Below are positions 58,303 to 64,000 of a DNA stretch of 64,000 nt, one piece after another. The notes below the pieces were generated by a model, which was not told where the DNA came from, did no database searches, and worked only from the letters and a program-made list of their open reading frames with translations. The translations under genes and the position numbers were made by a program. The number at the start of each line of letters is the position of its first letter. Position 1 is the first letter of the stretch. The stretch spans positions 93,832-157,831 of the forward strand of contig JAFTIR010000039.1 in assembly GCA_017456765.1 (NCBI GenBank), read 5' to 3'. This DNA is from Clostridia bacterium (lineage in GTDB: Bacteria > Bacillota > Clostridia > Oscillospirales > CAG-382).

Positions 58303-60738
58303 ATGCAGAACACAGATTTGAATGTAAAACAGAGTATTCTTACAAAGCTTTCACGTCATTTCGGAGTATCTCCCGAAGAGGCAACGAGAGAGCAGATGTA
58401 TAAGGCGTGTGCCATGACTGTGAGAGATATTCTGTCCGAAAAGAGAAATGATTATAAAAAGCTCGTAAATGCAAAGGGCGGAAAAAGAGTGTACTATATG
58501 TGCATGGAGTTTCTTCTTGGAAGATCCTTTAAGACAAACCTTTGCAACCTTGGTCTCGAAAAGCAGTACGAAACAGCTCTTTCCGAATTCGGCTTTAACT
58601 TGAATGATTTGTATGAGGAAGAACCCGATGCGGGTCTCGGAAACGGCGGTCTTGGCAGACTTGCGGCTTGTTTTATGGATTCGCTTTCTTCTTTGGACTA
58701 TCCTGCAACCGGCTTTTCTATTCTCTATGAATACGGACTTTTCAAACAGAAGCTCGTTGACGGTCTTCAGGTAGAGCTTCCCGATGTATGGCTTCCCGGG
58801 GGAGAAGTGTGGCTTGTTCCCAGAACAGACAGAACCTTTAAGGTGCGCTTTGACGGACGTGTCAGGGAAGAGTGGAAAGACGGCAGATGCGAAATCGTTT
58901 ATGAGGATGCCGAAGAAATTGAAGCATGCGCATACGACATGATGATTTCGGGAGCCGGAAGCGAGGCGGTGTCTCTCTTAAGACTCTGGAAGGCAAGAGA
59001 TATTACAAGTTTTGATATGAAGGCGTTTACTCAGGGACAGTACATGAAGGCTGTTGAGAAGAATACAAATGCTGAGGCTATATGTAAGGTGCTTTACCCA
59101 TCGGATAATCATATTGAGGGTAAGATGTTAAGACTCACACAGCAGTATTTTCTTACTTCTGCTTCCTGTCAGAGTATTATCCGCGACCATATGGCGGTAT
59201 ACGGAACACTCGAAAACCTTGCCGAAAAGGTTGCAATTCATATAAATGATACACATCCTGCACTCTGTATCCCTGAACTTATGAGAATATTCCTCGATGA
59301 TTATTGCTTCTCTTGGGAAAAGTCGTGGGATTTGGTTACAAAGATTGTTTCCTATACCAACCATACCGTTATGCCGGAGGCGCTTGAAACCTGGAACGAA
59401 GACCTGTTCCGCTTGAAATTGCCGAGAATTTATAATATTCTTTGCGAAATCAACAGACGCTTTTGTGTCGAGGCGTGGGATAAGGTGGGCAACTTTGATA
59501 AGATAAGTGCAATGTCTATTATTGCTTATAATCAGATAAGAATGGCGAACCTTTCCGTAATTGCATCCCATACCGTAAACGGTGTATCTGCACTTCACTC
59601 GGAAATCTTAAAGAACTCCTGCTTTAAGGATTTGTATAAGATGTATCCCGAAAAGTTTACTAATGTCACAAACGGTATTGCCCACAGAAGATGGCTTTGT
59701 TATTCAAATCCTTCTCTTGCAGCGCTTCTTGATGAATGTATCGGAACGGAATACAGAACCAAACCCGAAAGCCTTCGTGAGTTTGAAAAGTTTGCCGACG
59801 ACAAGAACGTTCTTGAAAGACTTTCGCAGATAAAGCACTCAAATAAGGCGGCGTTCTCTGACCTTGTGTTCAAAAAGACGGGTGTTAAAATCAACCCCGA
59901 TTCTGTGTTTGACGTACAGGCAAAGAGACTTCATGAGTATAAGAGACAGCTTCTCAATGCCATGAGAATTGTTGACAGATACCTTGCACTAAAGGAGAAT
60001 CCTGACCTTGATGTGACTCCGCAGACCTTTATCTTCGGCGCAAAAGCGGCACCCGGCTATGATATGGCAAAGCAGATTATAAAGCTCATATGCTCAATTT
60101 CTGCCGATATAAACAAGAACCCGAAGATTTCTGAAAAACTTCAGGTTGTGTTCCTTGAAAACTATTGCGTAAGCCTTGCCGAAAGCCTTATGCCGGCTGC
60201 TGACATCAGTGAGCAGATAAGCCTTGCAGGTAAGGAAGCATCAGGTACAGGTAATATGAAGTTCATGATTAACGGTGCACTTACTGTCGGTACTCTTGAC
60301 GGAGCAAACGTTGAAATGCTTGAAGAGGTGGGCAAGGATAATATCTATATCTTCGGTCTTACAACACCCGAGGTTGATGATTTGTGGCTCAAGGGCTATA
60401 ATGCGGCAAGCTATTATCATCATAACGCAAGACTCAAGAAGGTTGTTGATGCTTTCAATGTGGGTTTTAATGGAGAGAGCTTTGCGAATATTTATGATTA
60501 TCTTCTCGTTGGCAGAGGAGGTATTTCCGACCCGTATATGTGCCTTGCCGATTTTGATTCCTATATGCTCTGTAAGGATGGAGTAATGAGGGATTACCTT
60601 GATAAGAATAAATGGCAGAGAATGTCGCTTATGAATATCGCAGGTGCGGGCAAATTTGCGTCCGACAGAAGTATTGAGGACTATGCAAAGAATATCTGGC
60701 ACTTAAATAAAATAACATCGGAGAATAAGAAAAAGTAA
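58303..60738 (+). CDS. glgP: glycogen/maltodextrin phosphorylase
   Basis: PLP-lysine region EASGTGNMKFMINGA, plus GLGNGGLGRLAACF. Confidence 0.95.
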   Translation: MQNTDLNVKQSILTKLSRHFGVSPEEATREQMYKACAMTVRDILSEKRNDYKKLVNAKGGKRVYYMCMEFLLGRSFKTNLCNLGLEKQYETALSEFGFNLNDLYEEEPDAGLGNGGLGRLAACFMDSLSSLDYPATGFSILYEYGLFKQKLVDGLQVELPDVWLPGGEVWLVPRTDRTFKVRFDGRVREEWKDGRCEIVYEDAEEIEACAYDMMISGAGSEAVSLLRLWKARDITSFDMKAFTQGQYMKAVEKNTNAEAICKVLYPSDNHIEGKMLRLTQQYFLTSASCQSIIRDHMAVYGTLENLAEKVAIHINDTHPALCIPELMRIFLDDYCFSWEKSWDLVTKIVSYTNHTVMPEALETWNEDLFRLKLPRIYNILCEINRRFCVEAWDKVGNFDKISAMSIIAYNQIRMANLSVIASHTVNGVSALHSEILKNSCFKDLYKMYPEKFTNVTNGIAHRRWLCYSNPSLAALLDECIGTEYRTKPESLREFEKFADDKNVLERLSQIKHSNKAAFSDLVFKKTGVKINPDSVFDVQAKRLHEYKRQLLNAMRIVDRYLALKENPDLDVTPQTFIFGAKAAPGYDMAKQIIKLICSISADINKNPKISEKLQVVFLENYCVSLAESLMPAADISEQISLAGKEASGTGNMKFMINGALTVGTLDGANVEMLEEVGKDNIYIFGLTTPEVDDLWLKGYNAASYYHHNARLKKVVDAFNVGFNGESFANIYDYLLVGRGGISDPYMCLADFDSYMLCKDGVMRDYLDKNKWQRMSLMNIAGAGKFASDRSIEDYAKNIWHLNKITSENKKK

Positions 60739-62627
60739 TGTTACCGCATCTTTTGGACAGTAACGAAATTCAAAAATATATAAAGATAAAAAAAACTGCC
60801 AAAGGCAAATGTGCCTCCCGACGAGGTGCATTTGCAGGCAATGAGAAGCTTAGAATAGAACTCGAAATATCGAGAAAACTTGGGATAACCAAGGCTTATT
60901 TGTGCCTTGAAAACGATAATAATGCAACGTACTCTGAAACAGAAATCCCGTTTGAGAATACTCTCGCAGGTGTTGATTTCTATTCTATCACTCTTGACTT
61001 TGAAAAAATGTGTACTGACGGCGACGGCTTGTTTTTCTGGAAAATAAAACTCCTCGTAGGAAGCAGATGCTTTTTCAGCCATTCCATAAATAATGTTGAT
61101 TATTGCTTCTCGGACCTTGATTCTTCAAAGGCTTTCAGACTTCTTGTGTATAACAAGGATTTCTCGACACCCGAGTGGGCAAAGGGCGCTGTCATGTACC
61201 AGATTTTTGTTGACAGATTTTGCAAGGGAAATAAGAAAGTGCCCATAAGGAACGATAGCAAAATCAATAATGACTGGTATGATGGAATTCCTGAATTTGC
61301 CGCAAAAAACGGAGACCCGCTTGAAAACAATATGTTCTTTGGCGGAACACTTTGGGGTGTTGTTGAAAAGCTCGACTATCTGAAAGGACTTGGTGTCAAC
61401 ATAATATATCTGTGTCCCATATTCAAAGCGTTTTCAAATCATAAATATGATACAGGCGACTATGAAACGGTGGACGAAATGTTTGGTGGGGAAGAGGCAT
61501 TCCATGAGCTTGTAAAACAGGCAAAGAAAAGGGGAATGCACATAATTCTCGACGGTGTTTTCAATCATACGGGCGATGACAGTAAATATTTCAACCGATA
61601 TGGAAAGTACGAAAGCGTCGGCGCATATCAGTCGGAGGATAGCGAATATTCTGATTGGTATAATTTTGAGGAATTTCCCGATAAATACGAGGCTTGGTGG
61701 GGCATCGAAATCCTGCCGAGACTTATGGGAGATAACCCAAAGGTCATGGACTATTTTCTGTCCGACAACGGAATTGTAAGAAAATGGATAAAAATGGGCA
61801 TTTCGGGTTGGAGGCTTGATGTGGCTGATGAGCTTTCGGAAAATTTTCTTGAGGAGCTGAATAGGGCGGCAAAGCAGGAAAAGAAAGATGCGCTTATAAT
61901 CGGTGAAGTGTGGGAAAACGCGGCCGATAAAGTGTCCTACGGTAAACGTAGAAAGTATTTTCGTGGCGGACAGCTCGATTCTGTTATGAATTATCCCGTA
62001 AAATACGCAATTATCGACTTTGTCAAGGACAAAAACGCCGAAAAGTTCTATAATTCCGTTACGGATATATATTCAAGCTATCCGCAGTGCTGCTCGGATG
62101 TTCTCATGAATCTTGTGGGAAGCCACGACACCGAAAGAATACTTACAATTCTCGGCGGCGAAAGCCCCGAGGGAAAAACAAATGCCGAGCTCTCGACAAA
62201 GAAAATGACGCCCGAACAGTTGTCGGATGGCATAAGAAAACTCAAGGTTGCGTCTGTTTTGCAGTTTACGCTTCCCGGTATTCCTATGATATACTATGGC
62301 GATGAGGCGGGTCTTGAGGGGTATCATGACCCGTTTTGCCGAAAGCCTTATCCATGGGGCAGGGAAAACACAGAGCTTGTAAACCACTACACAAGGCTTT
62401 CTCATATAAAGAGAGAAGAGGCATCGCTTTGTAATTCTCCCTTGGAGTTTGTGATTCATAACGATGGACTTGTTGTTTATAAAAGAGGAGATATTACCGT
62501 TGCGGTCAACACCTCGGACAGTGAAAAGTGCCTTGAATTAAAAGGAAAATACACAGAGCTTCTTTGCGGAAAGGCAGAAAAGAATGAAATTTCACTTTCT
62601 CCCATGTCAGCAAAAATATTAAAGTAA
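60738..62627 (+). CDS. GH13 alpha-glycosidase (neopullulanase/cyclomaltodextrinase-like)
   Basis: GH13 conserved regions DGVFNHTG, GWRLDVADE, GEVWE and GSHDTER. TAATG overlap with glgP. Confidence 0.88.
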   Translation: MLPHLLDSNEIQKYIKIKKTAKGKCASRRGAFAGNEKLRIELEISRKLGITKAYLCLENDNNATYSETEIPFENTLAGVDFYSITLDFEKMCTDGDGLFFWKIKLLVGSRCFFSHSINNVDYCFSDLDSSKAFRLLVYNKDFSTPEWAKGAVMYQIFVDRFCKGNKKVPIRNDSKINNDWYDGIPEFAAKNGDPLENNMFFGGTLWGVVEKLDYLKGLGVNIIYLCPIFKAFSNHKYDTGDYETVDEMFGGEEAFHELVKQAKKRGMHIILDGVFNHTGDDSKYFNRYGKYESVGAYQSEDSEYSDWYNFEEFPDKYEAWWGIEILPRLMGDNPKVMDYFLSDNGIVRKWIKMGISGWRLDVADELSENFLEELNRAAKQEKKDALIIGEVWENAADKVSYGKRRKYFRGGQLDSVMNYPVKYAIIDFVKDKNAEKFYNSVTDIYSSYPQCCSDVLMNLVGSHDTERILTILGGESPEGKTNAELSTKKMTPEQLSDGIRKLKVASVLQFTLPGIPMIYYGDEAGLEGYHDPFCRKPYPWGRENTELVNHYTRLSHIKREEASLCNSPLEFVIHNDGLVVYKRGDITVAVNTSDSEKCLELKGKYTELLCGKAEKNEISLSPMSAKILK

Positions 62628-62634
62628 AAAATAT

Positions 62635-62662
62635 GGCACTCCCTTTGCGGAGTGCCTCTTTT
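62635..62662 (+). terminator. intrinsic terminator after the GH13 gene
   Basis: GGCACTCC / GGAGTGCC stem followed by TCTTTT. Confidence 0.8.
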
Positions 62663-62666
62663 CGAC

Positions 62667-62694
62667 TTGACAAACAAACAATTTTGTGTATAAT
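62667..62694 (+). promoter_or_regulatory. sigma-A promoter of tRNA-Arg
   Basis: TTGACA, a 16-nt spacer, then TATAAT, ending 16 nt before the tRNA 5' end. Confidence 0.65.
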
Positions 62695-62710
62695 ATTTAT
62701 AGTAAAATAT

Positions 62711-62785
62711 GCCTGCATAGTTAAATGGATATAACAAGCCCCTCCTAAGGGCTAGTTATGGGTTCGATTCCCGTTGCGGGTGCCA
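62711..62785 (+). tRNA. tRNA-Arg (anticodon CCT, reads AGG), with encoded CCA
   Basis: Folded by hand. 7-bp acceptor stem (GCCTGCA/TGCGGGT, including G-T pairs), D stem GTTA/TAAC, anticodon stem AGCCC/GGGCT with loop CTCCTAA, T arm ATGGG-TTCGATT-CCCGT, discriminator G, then CCA. Confidence 0.85.
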
Positions 62786-62787
62786 GA

Positions 62788-62824
62788 AAAAGCGAAGCAC
62801 AATTTTATGTACTTCGCTTTTTTG
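62788..62824 (+). terminator. intrinsic terminator after tRNA-Arg
   Basis: AAGCGAAGCAC / GTACTTCGCTT stem with one mismatch, followed by TTTTG. Confidence 0.7.
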
Positions 62825-62964
62825 TTAACAAACCGGAACGTGAATCTAATTCGAGAGTTTTTTCTGGAGAAAAAGTTGCCCGACGGCAAGTTTTAAGCAA
62901 AAAGGGCAAGGATGCTTGTCTGCTGAGTAGATAGTATGCGAAGCAGATTGAATTCCCGCTTAAT

Positions 62965-63843
62965 GTGTTTGAAAGCACACTACCGATACGTTTTGAGGTG
63001 AGAATTATTTACACAGAAATTATTTGTTTTGCTATTATGATTGTTTTTGTATTGGTCATATCTGCTGTAGTTGCTATATACAAGAAGATGAAAAAAAACA
63101 CGTTGGAGAAAAGTGAGTTTATTAAAGAACTGGTAAGTGTAAATGAAAAAGTTAAGTATAAAAATGTAAAACCATTATACACATTTGAATATTTATGTTC
63201 ATCAAGAAGAGAATTTAATAGATATACTCTTGAAGAATATCTTGTCGACTTAATAACAGATGATACATATTTATTCGAAAAAATAATAAATGGTGTTGCA
63301 TATAATAAGAAAAGGTATGGTAGGTATGTTGATCAAGTTGAAAGAATAAGACAAAGTGCCGCAGAAGCAGTTGAATCATCAACCTTGTTTGATAAAGTGT
63401 ACAAAAAATGTGAGGATGGTTTGCTAAAAAAAACAGTCTTAAAAAAGCCTACGGTTGATACGATGATTGATTGTAGAATCACTTATATTACACCAACGGG
63501 TCGTTCAAAAAGTTGGTGTGAAAATCGCTTTTCTTATAATGAATTAAAAAAAGCATATGAAAAGACAATTAAATTAAAGGAATCGAAGGAAAAACAGCAA
63601 AGGCAAATTGAATATGAACGTTCAAAAATGACGAGCTCGTTGAGATATGATATACTGAGAAGAGATGGTTTCAGATGTCAGCTTTGTGGTAGTACGGCAG
63701 ACGATGGTGTGAAATTACACATAGATCATATTGTTCCTGTGTCAAAGGGAGGACGAACTGAAAAATCAAATTTAAGAGTCTTATGTGATAGATGTAATTT
63801 TGGGAAAAGGGATAAAATTGAGGAGACGAATGGTGAAATTTAG
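62965..63843 (+). CDS. membrane-anchored HNH endonuclease with an uncharacterised central domain
   Basis: The C-terminal segment DGFRCQLCGSTADDGVKLHIDHIVPVSKGGRTEKSNLRVLCDRCNFGK is a complete HNH motif (CxxC...HxDH...N...CxxCN). The N-terminal TM is ICFAIMIVFVLVISAVVAIY. The start is uncertain (GTG at 62965, GTG at 62998 or ATG at 63037). The composition is markedly AT-rich. Confidence 0.8.
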   Translation: MFESTLPIRFEVRIIYTEIICFAIMIVFVLVISAVVAIYKKMKKNTLEKSEFIKELVSVNEKVKYKNVKPLYTFEYLCSSRREFNRYTLEEYLVDLITDDTYLFEKIINGVAYNKKRYGRYVDQVERIRQSAAEAVESSTLFDKVYKKCEDGLLKKTVLKKPTVDTMIDCRITYITPTGRSKSWCENRFSYNELKKAYEKTIKLKESKEKQQRQIEYERSKMTSSLRYDILRRDGFRCQLCGSTADDGVKLHIDHIVPVSKGGRTEKSNLRVLCDRCNFGKRDKIEETNGEI

Positions 63844-64000
63844 AAATGTAAATAACAGAATTTTGATTGTGATATTTTTATTATATTTTTGTATCCTTCT
63901 CCGCCTCACGGTTTTCCGTACCCGCACATACCCCATAGACTCCTCGGTAAACCTTTCACTTTTCACCGATCTTGTTGCTACCTACCACGAAAATGGCTTG
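63830..64000 (+). CDS. membrane protein, N-terminal fragment (VanZ-like by weak resemblance), running off the window
   Basis: My translation from the ATG at 63830 (after AGGAG) is MVKFRNVNNRILIVIFLLYFCILLRLTVFRTRTYPIDSSVNLSLFTDLVATYHENGL, open to position 64000. It is absent from the ORF track because no stop lies within the window. It overlaps the HNH gene by 14 nt. Confidence 0.4.
   Translation, partial: MVKFRNVNNRILIVIFLLYFCILLRLTVFRTRTYPIDSSVNLSLFTDLVATYHENGL

Noticed and set aside
1-64000. Scan for CRISPR arrays, rRNA genes, IS elements/transposases, integrases, reverse transcriptases, toxin-antitoxin pairs and known defence systems
   Set aside because: I found no regularly spaced direct repeats. 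No ORF carries DDE/serine/tyrosine recombinase or RT motifs, and no rRNA-like sequence is present. The only defence-suggestive gene is the HNH protein at 62965..63843, reported separately.

Overview
This window is a 64-kb chromosomal segment that looks like a low-G+C Gram-positive, Clostridia-type genome. That assignment is inference from a glgD-containing glycogen operon, IreB, a PrsA-type lipoprotein, ComEC/ComFC, a Cheo-type LexA box and TTGACA-17-TATAAT promoters. I can support about 55 protein genes, mostly housekeeping. They cover DNA repair (recG, uvrA, lexA, ruvX, holA), RNA modification (tadA, a pseudouridine synthase, rlmD, rsmG, dusB, a U32 protein), the glycogen locus glgB-glgC-glgD-glgA / glgP-GH13, coaX with an ECF S-component, ilvE, an acyl-CoA synthetase, an ABC-F ATPase, mreC-comEC-holA and a CDF transporter. 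There are two RNA genes: RNase P RNA (47697..48041) and tRNA-Arg(CCU) (62711..62785). I saw no rRNA, CRISPR array, transposase, integrase, reverse transcriptase or recognisable defence gene. The best candidate for an undescribed system is a tightly packed seven-gene, ~12.3-kb operon at 25587..37833. It encodes a 1098-aa chimeric solute-binding protein, two separate MalF/MalG-type permease pairs, a secreted NHL-like propeller fused to a YIP1-like membrane domain, and a 919-aa DUF5696-like exoprotein. It contains no ATPase and no regulator, and it sits behind a ~650-nt AT-rich non-coding region. Secondary items are an AT-rich segment after tRNA-Arg encoding a membrane-anchored HNH nuclease, an orphan 127-nt rod-like inverted repeat at 511..637, duplicated operators upstream of an XRE gene, lexA translationally coupled to comFC, a ParB-like protein lacking the N-terminal domain, and a Cys-rich mini-protein after the CDF gene. 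All functional calls come from reading motifs in the supplied translations. No database search was possible.
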